A stretch of DNA of 61,264 nt, filler included, from Globobulimina sp. (taxonomy: Eukaryota): the NCBI GenBank assembly GCA_003354225.1. It is 20 parts of 20 records of this genome, joined end to end, with 100 filler letters (N's around TTAATTAATTAA, not from the genome) between each part and the next. Parts side by side here need not be neighbours in the genome. Positions count along the whole stretch, not along the records: positions 21,488 to 24,456 come from PIVH01004196.1; positions 24,557 to 27,524 come from PIVH01004197.1; positions 27,625 to 30,592 come from PIVH01004198.1; positions 30,693 to 33,660 come from PIVH01004199.1; 16 more parts are not named here. One strand, 5' to 3'. The position numbers and the translations under genes are program-made. Below the pieces are notes generated by a model. The model worked only from the letters and a program-made list of their open reading frames with translations. It made no database searches and had not been told where the DNA came from. This document shows, one piece after another, positions 21,488 through 31,977 of this stretch (positions within the stretch are counted from its first letter, which is position 1; each line of letters begins with the position of its first letter).

Positions 21488-22115
21488 GAACATAAATAAA
21501 TGGAAATGGAAACGAATCGATAGTAAATTAACTGAGAAAAGATCATTAACAACATGTATTATGATAAACTCACAAAATAATAACTATGAAAAGAATGAAA
21601 AATTAGTAGTTATTGGTGGATATCATTATAAATCATCACCAACTGTGGAAATGTATGATTTTGGACATGAGGAATACGGTACGCTACGCACGGAATTGTC
21701 ACCATTGAATACAGCAAGAAGAAGATGTGGAGCTTGTTATAATAATGCATTGCAACGGATATATATTGGTGGTGGCTATGGAAATTACAACGGACAATGC
21801 TTTGAATGGTATGATATTGTAAAAAATAAATGGTTTTTAATGAAAAAAACAACATTATTTGGCAAAGAATCGCATGTTAATTATCCTGTTTTATGGATTG
21901 TTGACAACAATAATTTCGGAATTAATATTTAATCATATAGTCATTGTAGTGTGTTATGCGTAGCTTCGATGTCTGGGATTGAATATTTTGATTTGAGAGA
22001 AGATAAAACGTATTCTAGCATATCTCACTGTAATAACAAACAAAAATATAATTTAAAACAATTATTTTCTATGGGTGACAGTGTTGATAAATCTCATTGT
22101 AAATTGTTGCTATAA
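21488..22115 (+). pseudogene. Kelch-like protein 3' part with an in-frame TAA at 21930-21932
   Basis: LVVIGG...VEMYDF, IYIGGG...EWYDIVKNKW, YPVLW. After the TAA the same frame continues VLCVAS...IEYFDLRE, matching the paralog at 17650. Confidence 0.65.
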
Positions 22116-22173
22116 AATGCAAAGCCGAGCATCAAGAAAACACCAAACAAATTAAAAAAATCAGTGAGTTGTG

Positions 22174-23735
22174 TTATAACAAATTAACAAATGCAGCAAT
22201 ATTTTGCATATATTCTTGTGGTTTTTCAAGCGCAGAAAAATGCCCACCACTTTTTTGCTTATTTTGATAAATAATGTTTCTAAAATGATATTTATTATAC
22301 GGTGCAAATCCGCTCGAACCTCTCCAGTCTACAATTCCAACCTTGATGCTTTTCGGCATAAAATAATATCGAAATGTGGTATAACCCAATTTAATATTAT
22401 CTGCATAATAATTGGATGAAGTTGTAATTCTTCCATTTAACCAGTACAGCATTCCTGTTAAAATAACATCATTCCAATTGACCTCCCCACCAATTATCCT
22501 ATTCCCATTTCCATCAAATCGCATTTGTTTTATATTAACAGGACCATCGGTCGCAGCTAAATACATTTCATAAATCCATGACAATATAGCAATAGGTGAT
22601 GATTCCAATGCAATTCCAATGGTATTTGGTCTCTCACATTGAATATGTTGATAACCTGTAAAAGCAAGTAAACGATATATGGCTTTTGAATATTGCTTTA
22701 AATTTATAGTTGAAGATTCATTCAAATCCCTTCCCGAAGTCCAAGTGTCGTGCAATAATAAACCTAATAACTTTCTGTCTGCATCAGATTCCAAACATGA
22801 TTGCCATCCCATACATCGCGCAGTATGTGCACCCCAATCACCTTTCAAATTAGCACATGAAATATGTGATTTTGCAATTGCTCATTTTTTGCACGTACAG
22901 ATTGTAAACACATTGTACCTGCTGAGACTATATAGCTTTTATAAGATAGGCGTTCCTCCATTAACTCCTTCATAATGGAGGCCACAGCGATTAGGTTGAA
23001 TGTTGAATGATGCATTGGATACTCACTGTATGCGTATCCCGGAAGTGATGGTATTATAATATCTGTAAACTGAGTATGCATATTAGCCAATTTTGATTTT
23101 AATGGATTTATCATTTTATGGAATTCCCAAAAACTTCCTGTGGTATTTTTTTGTTTTAATTGTTTGTCTAGAAATAAAAGTAAATTATAAATAACATACC
23201 TGGCCAGCCATGAAGGCAAACAATTGCTGATTTGGTATTATTTGCGTTCGAATTTATCGATTCTTGAATAAAATGAATATTCAGTCCTTGTATATTTGTT
23301 TGAAAATGCTTAAATGAATTTAATTTTTTTAATTCTTTATTTAAATGAAAATTATCTTTCCAATATTTTATGAGCCGATAAAAATCCTCAAAATTTACAC
23401 CGTATCCAACTCCTTTCATTTTACTTAATGTTTCCCAGTGATCTGAGTCTTGTTTGGCAGCATGGTGGAATCGATTATTTTTATTTGATTCTAGCCATAA
23501 ATCAATGTATGTATTCATTGTAGTGACCTCTTTATTGGTGGATGCAAATATTTTTGATGGATCGAATTGATAAATGTTTTCATCAATCTTCTCATTTTTA
23601 TTTGTACCCCAAAAAGTTGTTGATGGTAAAGGGAATGTGGATGGATGTTTTGTGTACAAATGTTTTGGCGGAGATATTTCCGTTTTGCAATTGTTTTTAT
23701 TGAGCTGTCCCAATAATTTCGTCAATCTCTTGATT
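22174..23735 (-). CDS. Microsomal/JH-type epoxide hydrolase, 5' end missing; introns 23138-23199 and 22842-22918
   Basis: LNSFKHFQTNIQGLNIHF, CLHGWPG/SFWEF, IIPSLPGYAYS, G/GDWG (nucleophile), YWLNG.ITTS..YY and GGHFSALEKP. Both introns restore the frame. Confidence 0.9.
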
Positions 23736-24456
23736 TGTTTCTCGTTTGACGATTGCCAACTTTTCCATTTGCTCATCGGTCACCTTTTGCCCCGTCTTGT
23801 ATTCTCTCACATTCATACAAGACGTAACTTTTAGGCCGGATAAAGTTTTCGTCGTCCTGATGTATTTCAGAATTGTTTCGTAGTCGCGGAGAGGAACACC
23901 TTTCCAATTCTTGCTGATTTCACTAAACAGCCGATGTTCTATTTTGTTCCATTTGGATGTCCCCGGCGGATAATGTGCCACGGTAACTTCAATATCGTAT
24001 TGACAGGCCAGTTTGTGGTACAAATCGTATTTCCATACACGGGAACGGCGACCATTGCTTCCACCACTATCTGCGAGAATGAGAATTTTTTTTGCGCCAG
24101 GATATCTCTTGCGCCCTTCGGTCTTCCACCATTGAATAATCGAATCGACGGCAAATGCAGGCGTATCGTGCGCCGTTCCTACGAAAACAGTACCGGTGTT
24201 AGCCTGTTCATCGTATATTCCGTAGGGAATCCCAATCCCATTGGCCAGAGAAGGGAAGTCATGGTCATTGGCTAATACCGGCTGTTTTTCGTAGGTCTCT
24301 CCGGCATTCTTAAACAATCCGACCAGTTCCTTCTTTTTCGCATCTACGCTGATGGTTGGTGCACCTTCTCGGACAAATTTTTCCTGCAACTCCTTGATAT
24401 ACTCAAACTGAGTATTGCGTTTTTCCCGAGCCTTTGGAGAGGAATACTTCCCACCC
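23697..24456 (-). mobile_element. ISAzo13-family (Rhodopirellula-type) DDE transposase fragment, bacterial
   Basis: ISVDAKKKELVG.FKN.G, DHDFP, IPYGIYD, DTPAFAVDSI..WW, ILADSGGSNG.R.R.WK and HYPPGTSKWNKIEHRLFS.IS.NW.G.PL. Intronless and more GC-rich than the neighbouring gene. Confidence 0.92.
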
Positions 24457-24556
24457 NNNNNNNNNNNNNNNNNNNNNNNNNNNNNNNNNNNNNNNNNNNN
24501 TTAATTAATTAANNNNNNNNNNNNNNNNNNNNNNNNNNNNNNNNNNNNNNNNNNNN

Positions 24557-25054
24557 CGCATTGAAGACGGTACAAATATATTACGAAGGTACGACGAAAC
24601 TGGAATGCAATTGTTATCCATTTTAATTACATGTTTTGTGATCTCCAGTGCTGTCTTAATATTTGTATTTGGTGCAAACGATATTGACATAAATAAGAAA
24701 CCAAATTTTGATTATTTAGTAATATCAATCACTATATTATTTATTGGAAATGTTGTGGTGTTTTTTAATTTATTTGCAAGAATATTTGCTGTCGTGACCG
24801 GAAATGATGAAAACTTTATTATTTCACCAGAAAAACGTATGGAGGGTAAAATAAGGAAACAATTGAAACGATATCGCGAATCATTATCATTATCGCCGGT
24901 AAATTCTACGTCCTCTGTATTTTCGCCGAGTATAAAATCATTATCATCGCCGAGTATAAAGGAGCCAAATAAACTGGATTCAACACGCACTGATTCAACA
25001 ATTCAAAGTGGTGGGACTTCTTTTACGTTTACGGTTCAAACAGAGGACAATTAA
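24557..25054 (+). CDS. Membrane protein C-terminal fragment
   Basis: Two hydrophobic helices followed by a Ser/Pro-rich tail. Confidence 0.55.
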   Translation, partial: RIEDGTNILRRYDETGMQLLSILITCFVISSAVLIFVFGANDIDINKKPNFDYLVISITILFIGNVVVFFNLFARIFAVVTGNDENFIISPEKRMEGKIRKQLKRYRESLSLSPVNSTSSVFSPSIKSLSSPSIKEPNKLDSTRTDSTIQSGGTSFTFTVQTEDN

Positions 25055-25234
25055 TCCAATAATTGCAGATTTTATTTCTAAATTATACACTTATTTCTAA
25101 ATTGTACACTTATTTCTATACCTTTTTTTTCTTAATTTTAAAACTTTAAAAAACTGTTTGTTTAATTTTTGTGCATCGTAAACAGACTCTCCCTTCGAAT
25201 TCGAACCGATACAAAAACAAAATCAATTATTCTA

Positions 25235-25567
25235 ATGTCAGAAAGAAAATTACAATTTAAACCATCTGCAAATCAAGAAAAATCAGACCATTGTAAGAAA
25301 TCCCGAGTTAGTGTGTTAAAATGGGGCGCCGTAGCCTTATGGAGTTATGATCTAATAAATGATACGTGCGCTATTTGTAGAAATAAATTACATGATTTAT
25401 GTATTGATTGTGCAGCAAATGTGTATTCATTACAAAATAAAGAGTGTACACGCGCCTTCGGTCTGTGTAATCACGTATATCATTGGCATTGCATTGCGAG
25501 ATGGACCAAAACACGAAATACGTGTCCTTTGGATAACACACAATGGGAATATCATAAAATTGAATGA
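25235..25567 (+). CDS. RBX1: RING-box protein (RBX1/ROC1 family)
   Basis: KWGAVALWSYD...CAICRN...CIDC...EC...GLCNHVYHWHCI.RW.KTR..CPLDN. Confidence 0.92.
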   Translation: MSERKLQFKPSANQEKSDHCKKSRVSVLKWGAVALWSYDLINDTCAICRNKLHDLCIDCAANVYSLQNKECTRAFGLCNHVYHWHCIARWTKTRNTCPLDNTQWEYHKIE

Positions 25568-26777
25568 TTAGTCATTACATAATGGAGTAATTTGAAAATC
25601 TCTTTCTTTCCATATGATACAACTTTATTTTTTTGATTTTCATTACTTCGCTTTTGTGTGATTTAATTTTATCATTGTATTTTTATTTATGATTGTTGTA
25701 TGTATATTGTGTGACTGAGTGTTGTCATTTGTGATCTCCTGCATTTTCTACATTCATGCAATTCATATAATTAAGACAAGAACGGATATATATATGTCAG
25801 TATGTGTGTGCAAGGATATTTTGTAATAAACGTTTCAGAGGAAACGAAAACAATATCTGACAGTTTCTTTATACTAAAACAAGAGCGTATTCATTATCTT
25901 ATAAAACAATGTCCTCAACAAATCACAATCTAAAACTATTCCGATCTCAACATTTTTATTATAACTGCATCACATCCACTCAAAAACTTTTACAGATCCA
26001 TATTCCATACAAAATTTCCATAATTTTGTGTTGGCACAAAATGAAAGTAGGATGCACCATACTTTACTTGAAAGGTTTTCACAGAATGGTGATAACGAGC
26101 AAAAATTCAAGTTGTCAGGGATGATGAAAGGACGACATCCTCGACGATGTAAACTTATTTATTCCACTGACTTGTTGTCACGCATATCCATTCCAAATAC
26201 GTACAAATCTTATCTTACGATACTTGATTCTATTCCTTTATTAGCATTTTTAAACGAGATAGGGCCTGTTGTCAGATACGTCATCATGACTGGTTTAGAA
26301 TATAAATAAAAGCTCCACCAGACAAATGATAACATCTTTCAATATGGACAATATTTCGCCCTCTGTATGGTTTGGAGCCACTTATATCCTTCTCATTTTC
26401 ACGGAATTTAACAGAATCTTATCTCATTACAGAAACGTAAGAGAAATATTCGATATACAGGGGGTTATCTTTCTGGATATATCGTTTAGGCACAGCTAAC
26501 ACAAATGCATCAAGTCCAAGTATGTGATGTATATTTTCTTTCATAACTTTAGATTCAAATAAAATATTTAAAATATTTATTTTGCGTTTATAACTTTGGT
26601 GCGGAATACTGCGGATTATGCAGACAATCAGAATCACTCTGGTTCCCGTCTGTTGCCGACACCGTGGGGCAAGCCCCCATGGTACTTAATATAATTTGCA
26701 AGTATGCAAGGATAAAAAAATAATCTTTGATGAAAATTGTTAATCTTTACTTGCATCGATATAAATATAATTTTTTG

Positions 26778-27362
26778 TCATCGATATAAATTCATTCCAC
26801 ACCATTCAGCAAACATTACATCAGTAATTTTTCCAGTATTTTTGTTTTTAGTTTCAATTAAGACATCAAAAACATATTTAACAGAATTTTCTTTTTTCCC
26901 TTTTGATGCCGATTTCAATTTAAATTTTGCTCTGATTTCATTATCTACAAAAACTGGACCAATAAACCGAACTTTATCAAAACCGTAATTAACACTCGAT
27001 TTTAATTGAGCCAATGACATCTTATCAGAATGTTTGCCAATAACTTGATAAACAAATCGAGGCAACATAGACAATGTTAATAGTCCGTGAACTATGGTAT
27101 CGCCAAACGGTGAACCTTTTTCTGCTGCATCTTTCTTATGGATCCAATTATGATCGGCAGTCAAATTTGAAAAAGTATCTAAATCTTTTTGTGTTAACTG
27201 TGTCCATGAACTTGTATCTAAATCAACACCAACCAATTCATTCCATTTCTGTTCAATTTCATTCATTGATTTTTTTTTCAGAGTTTGATTTACAAAAATA
27301 CGATCACTATCACATCCATCCAAATGGTTCAATATTTTATTGAGACGGTTTGTTGAAGGCAT
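26778..27362 (-). CDS. MaoC/NodN-like enoyl-CoA hydratase with a PTS2
   Basis: SSW.QLTQ..LD.FS.LTADHNWIH, SPFGDTIVHGLLTLSML and NYGFDKVRFIGPV; N-terminal RLNKILNHL. Confidence 0.88.
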   Translation of the reverse strand: MPSTNRLNKILNHLDGCDSDRIFVNQTLKKKSMNEIEQKWNELVGVDLDTSSWTQLTQKDLDTFSNLTADHNWIHKKDAAEKGSPFGDTIVHGLLTLSMLPRFVYQVIGKHSDKMSLAQLKSSVNYGFDKVRFIGPVFVDNEIRAKFKLKSASKGKKENSVKYVFDVLIETKNKNTGKITDVMFAEWCGMNLYR

Positions 27363-27410
27363 CGGACTAGTAAAAATGTATTAGGGGGCAACAGAGTTGC
27401 ATTGCGGGGC

Positions 27411-27524
27411 GATAGACCCAGAGGCAAGATAGATCCAGAGGCAAGATAGATCCAGAGGCAAGATAGATCCAGAGGCAAGATAGACATAGAGGCAACATAG
27501 ACATAGAGGCAACATAGACATAGA
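27411..27524 (+). repeat. 17-bp minisatellite (GATAGATCCAGAGGCAA), about 6.7 copies, runs into the contig end
   Basis: Direct tandem copies with a graded series of variants. Confidence 0.95.
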
Positions 27525-27800
27525 NNNNNNNNNNNNNNNNNNNNNNNNNNNNNNNNNNNNNNNNNNNNTTAATTAATTAANNNNNNNNNNNNNNNNNNNN
27601 NNNNNNNNNNNNNNNNNNNNNNNNTGTACCCCTTCCTTGATGAACGTATCTACGAATCCGGCTTCATCGCTGGATGATGTATCCGATAGCTCTTCGATCC
27701 TCCTTTTCTTTCTTCTTTTTCGTTTTTGATACTTTTAAGTCCGAATTCGTCAGCAAATTCGGACATGTAAATTTTATGATTGATTGTTGAGTGTACCAAC

Positions 27801-28421
27801 TTACTTAACTTTTACCTCCATCATTTCTGTCGCCTTTTCCATCATACCTTTTGCGCTCTCGGTGCTGGCCATGATTAGTTCGTACATTGATTCTGTATCG
27901 ATGCCGCCTTTGCGTTTGCGTTTCTCTTCTTCCTTGCTGGCGTCTTTCTTTCTTCTCTCTTCATCCTTCCGTCGCTTTTCTTCGCGTTTTTCGTCTTGCT
28001 TCTTTCGGGCTTCTTCGCGGTCAGCGTCTTCCTTCTGCCTTTGTTTTCTGGTTTTTTCATCCGCCACTCTTCTGGCCTCCGTTCTTATCTCTTGTTGCTC
28101 CCTTTCCTCATTGGCCCGTTCTTCATCGTCTTCGGCCTGTTTTGCGTCTGCCTCGGCCCTGTCGATGGCGTCTTGTGCTTCTTTTGCTCTCGCATCTCTG
28201 TCTGCTTGATCTTTCGATGCATTCCTGTCGGCTGCTCTTTTTGCTCTCTGTTCTGACTCTGTCATAACGACCGGTGCGCCATCTGCCCACATTGCTAGAC
28301 CCTCTTCATCGTGCTTTTGCGTGCTCCAATCGAAGGTGTCTGGGTCGAATGTGTCATCATCTTTTTGGTGGGTGTCGCTTTCTTGATCACTCACTGATGC
28401 GTCTGGGTTAGTGGTATTCAC
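27801..28421 (-). CDS. Charged coiled-coil (E/K/R-rich) ORF, possibly a decayed transposon ORF
   Basis: 206 codons with no ATG start, in a GC/CpG-richer block; stops interrupt coding-like sequence on both sides. Confidence 0.4.
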   Translation of the reverse strand: MNTTNPDASVSDQESDTHQKDDDTFDPDTFDWSTQKHDEEGLAMWADGAPVVMTESEQRAKRAADRNASKDQADRDARAKEAQDAIDRAEADAKQAEDDEERANEEREQQEIRTEARRVADEKTRKQRQKEDADREEARKKQDEKREEKRRKDEERRKKDASKEEEKRKRKGGIDTESMYELIMASTESAKGMMEKATEMMEVKVK

Positions 28422-29643
28422 TGTGGTGGACTGTATAGTTTGTATACATCCGTTTAGGAAAACGTTTCTATTATGAACGTTTCTGCTCCGTCATCTGTGC
28501 TAGTGCTCTGTGCACCCAGAATTCGGGCGTTGCGTTTGCGCGCAATCAAATTGGATTAATGAATCAGCAAAGATTCTTTTGCAAGTTAGAATTGGATATA
28601 GTTGCAATTTACTTAACTTGTGATCCGACTCCCATGCGCGGCACATTTTTTGGTCGTGGCATCTGTGTTGCTTGCGTTGTTTACTTATTTCTTACGTTTC
28701 GATTCGTATTCGACTTTGTGTACGTAAGGTACGACTATTTAAGTTAAAAAGGGGCGAGGTGCGAGTAGATTTTTATTCTAGAAAACCACTTTACTAGAAA
28801 CTAATCTTACTAGCACCTCAAACTAATATTATATTAAAAACATCGGTTTATAGATATATAAACAGGTTAGTTTTGCAATTAATAAAAAGTTGTCCAAAAT
28901 CCGTGGGAACTTTGGAATTTGACAATTATAACTATCAACCACCAAAAAATTCTTTTAAGATAGAAATGCTTCAACCAAATGGACCAAGTCATATAAACAC
29001 ACAGCTATTAATTGAAATCAGTAATTAATGAATGATATAAAATTAAATAAAATTGCTGGATCCTATATATTTACAATAACAAATATAACAATATTGGGTT
29101 ATTTATGATGCCCTTTGACAAAAAAATGGTTCCAATATAGCACTGCAGTCACAACTATTGAGCTAATTTTCATTGTGTTTGCTTTAATATCAGAGTCGAT
29201 GGCGCAGTGAAGAGATAACAAAATGTCGCCTCTTGTTCGATATATTTGTTCTGATATTGACTCGTTTGAGCAATACGAATAAGTGAAGTGAAGAACAATA
29301 TGGTTGTGAACAAATAGGAATGAATCATGTATATCAACTTCGTATTCCCATAACATTATTTGTTCACTGATTCAACACATTTTTAACAGTTTGTCCATGC
29401 TTTTTTTATCTCCATTGCCTCCAATTTTGTAATACATGAGTTCAATTTCCGATAATTTAGAATCTTTGTTCAATACGAATTTGTTTACCATTGGAAATAA
29501 TGTGACAGTTTGACTGAGCTGCATGCTCAAAGGTTGGGCTTATTCAAAACTCCCCAAAAGTTTTTTTAACACTACCATGCAAACATGGATCAAGAAACAA
29601 AACGAAGTATATGTTATTGAGTGATTGAGTGATAATTAGTTAC

Positions 29644-30592
29644 TTAATTCTGTGCAGAGCCAACACCTGGATTACACCATTCTAAATATTCAAACAAATT
29701 GGTAGAACCAGGATTTTGTTGCGATTGTTTTTGTTGATGATCTTTTAAGACAGCTAAGGCCTCATTTATTTTGTTCATCAAAGCCCTCTGATCCGACAAC
29801 AACACCAATAACTCCGTATTGTCCATCTCCAACAACATTCCCGTGATTTTTCCAGCTAATCGAGGTTCCACCACTTGAATTTTTGGAAATAATCGTTCTC
29901 CAATTAAACGCTTCTTCTCTGCGGGTTTGGCATCCTGTAACATTTCAGAAGTCAATGGATTCACTTCCAACATCGGCGCACTTGTTTGCCCGCCGGCTCC
30001 CGCCGATAACTGAGAGACACTGTGCTGCCCCGTTGGCACAGAGGATTGATGCGGCTGCGAGGCCACGGCGCCGGAGGCCACCACCATTTGTTGCGACGCA
30101 GTTAAACCCGATGGGCGAGGGATTGAGGCAGAACCGGCATAAATAGATGCAGACTGCGGTCCGCTTTGCATGGATTGCGCGGGCTGTGATTGTTGAGTTT
30201 GTCCCATTGATTGCGACCGTTGATGGGCTGCTTGTTGCTGAATGGACGACATTTGCATAGAGGACTGAGCCGCTGCTTGTTGGATGGATGACATTTGTTG
30301 GGCAGCCAATTGTTGCTGTTGCTGGATTAAGGCCGCTTGCTGCGGGTTGGTCATGCCAGAGGCAGCCAATTGCGCTCTCTGTTGGGCCGCTAATTGCTGA
30401 GCCGCTAATTGTTGGGCAGCCAACTGTTGCTGTTGTTGGATCGCCAATGGGTTCGCCATACCGTAAGGCATTTGCATTTGGCCCGGGAACTGTTGCATTG
30501 GCCGACCCATACCGAAGCCCGAGGGACCCATTCCCATTCCCGAGGGGCCCATTCCTCGATTACCGTGCGAACACATACCATATCCACCTGGC
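29644..30592 (-). CDS. Poly(A)-binding protein C-terminal part (Q/P/G linker and MLLE/PABC domain), 5' partial
   Basis: EKKRLIGERLFPKI...AGKITGMLLEMDNTELL.LL...KINEALAVL. Confidence 0.9.
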
Positions 30593-30692
30593 NNNNNNNN
30601 NNNNNNNNNNNNNNNNNNNNNNNNNNNNNNNNNNNNTTAATTAATTAANNNNNNNNNNNNNNNNNNNNNNNNNNNNNNNNNNNNNNNNNNNN

Positions 30693-31524
30693 AAAACAAG
30701 CCAAAATTCCTCAAATCATCATCGTAGAACAAGTCCTTTTCATCATCAATGTTGTTTGATATCAATATATACCATACCGCCGTAATTAGAGGCGCGAGTT
30801 CAGACCATATAGATGGACCGATGTCCGCAGAATATTGTGTTCGGACTGAAATTAAACGATTCCAGGTCAGATCCCACAAAATACTCTCTTTTGCTGTCTC
30901 AACCAGTGTCTTCTTAAAATCCTTCAACACTTGCTTTTGTGTATTGGTTTCCCTTCGAAAAATACCAAAGGCGATCAATAATTGTCCCACTAATGTTTTG
31001 ATTTTGATAATTACTAAATACATACTTGCAAACAAGGTAATATATTTCATGAGAAATCCTTCCAATTTATTGCCATTGGCATAACATATTTGCAATCGAG
31101 CCACCGTAATGGATGATATTTGTATAAGCGACACATCAAATGCACTGTATCTGTATCCATCTAAGTTGGTTATTTTCTGCAACAAAGGCATCGCTGAGAC
31201 AATGTTAAATGCAGTAACAATGCACCAAATGTCGAACAATAATTTATTTTCTGTGTTTAAATCTTGCACATGGAATATTTTCTGGTTTAATGAAATGGAA
31301 ATCCATCCAAGTGTACCAATTACAATTGCCATAATACCTGAAATGGTATGGACAAAAATGAGCGGTCTTTGGAGTGTCATAAATCGAGCATTTAACGCAT
31401 ACCATAGCCATTTGTATGTGAACCTTAATAGATTCAATTCAAAGAGCGTTGATATTAAACAAATGCAAATGTGTAAGCGTTCCATGAAATAAATTTTAAA
31501 GTTTATTATTTCAAATAAGTGCAC
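30693..31524 (-). CDS. Multi-pass membrane protein, 3' partial
   Basis: Several hydrophobic helices, including FVHTISGIMAIVIG; start uncertain. Confidence 0.55.
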
Positions 31525-31977
31525 TATTTATAGTAAATTATATTGCATAATTAATTCTGAGATACCGTCGATTCAATGCAGCTGGTTTTGATACATGATA
31601 ATCACAGCCTGATTGTTTCATGATGTCAGAGATATGAGCGGCACAACTAAACACTGTGTTTAATATTTTGACAGGAAACAACCTGTGATGAATCTTTCCT
31701 TGTCAGAGTGTGTAATGGATGAATGAATTGGAAAACAGTGAAGTATCATATATGGATGAAGTGCGATACATAACTTTCAAAATCCGCACATTGATTTGTT
31801 AATTGACACTGTGTGTTCATCAGGCTTTTGATTGTTGACACAGCTAATATCATAAATTCAACTTATGTTTTGTAACATAATTTTGCTCCAACTAATTTAA
31901 CGTTGTCATCGCAGGAAATACTGTGTTAGTAAAAGCTCTAAGTTAACTTAGTTAAGGCAATTAATTTTTAATTTATA

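Noticed and set aside
23740..23776. ATG at 23776 as the epoxide hydrolase start
   Set aside because: It lies inside the transposase coding sequence in another frame, so it is probably fortuitous.
26662..26683. GC hairpin CCGTGGGGCAAGCCCCCATGG as a terminator or Helitron end
   Set aside because: No U-tract and no downstream CTRR, and the nearby short ORFs (25909-26637) are unrecognisable.
27411..27524. CRISPR array or iterons
   Set aside because: Head-to-tail 17-mers with no spacers and no rep gene.
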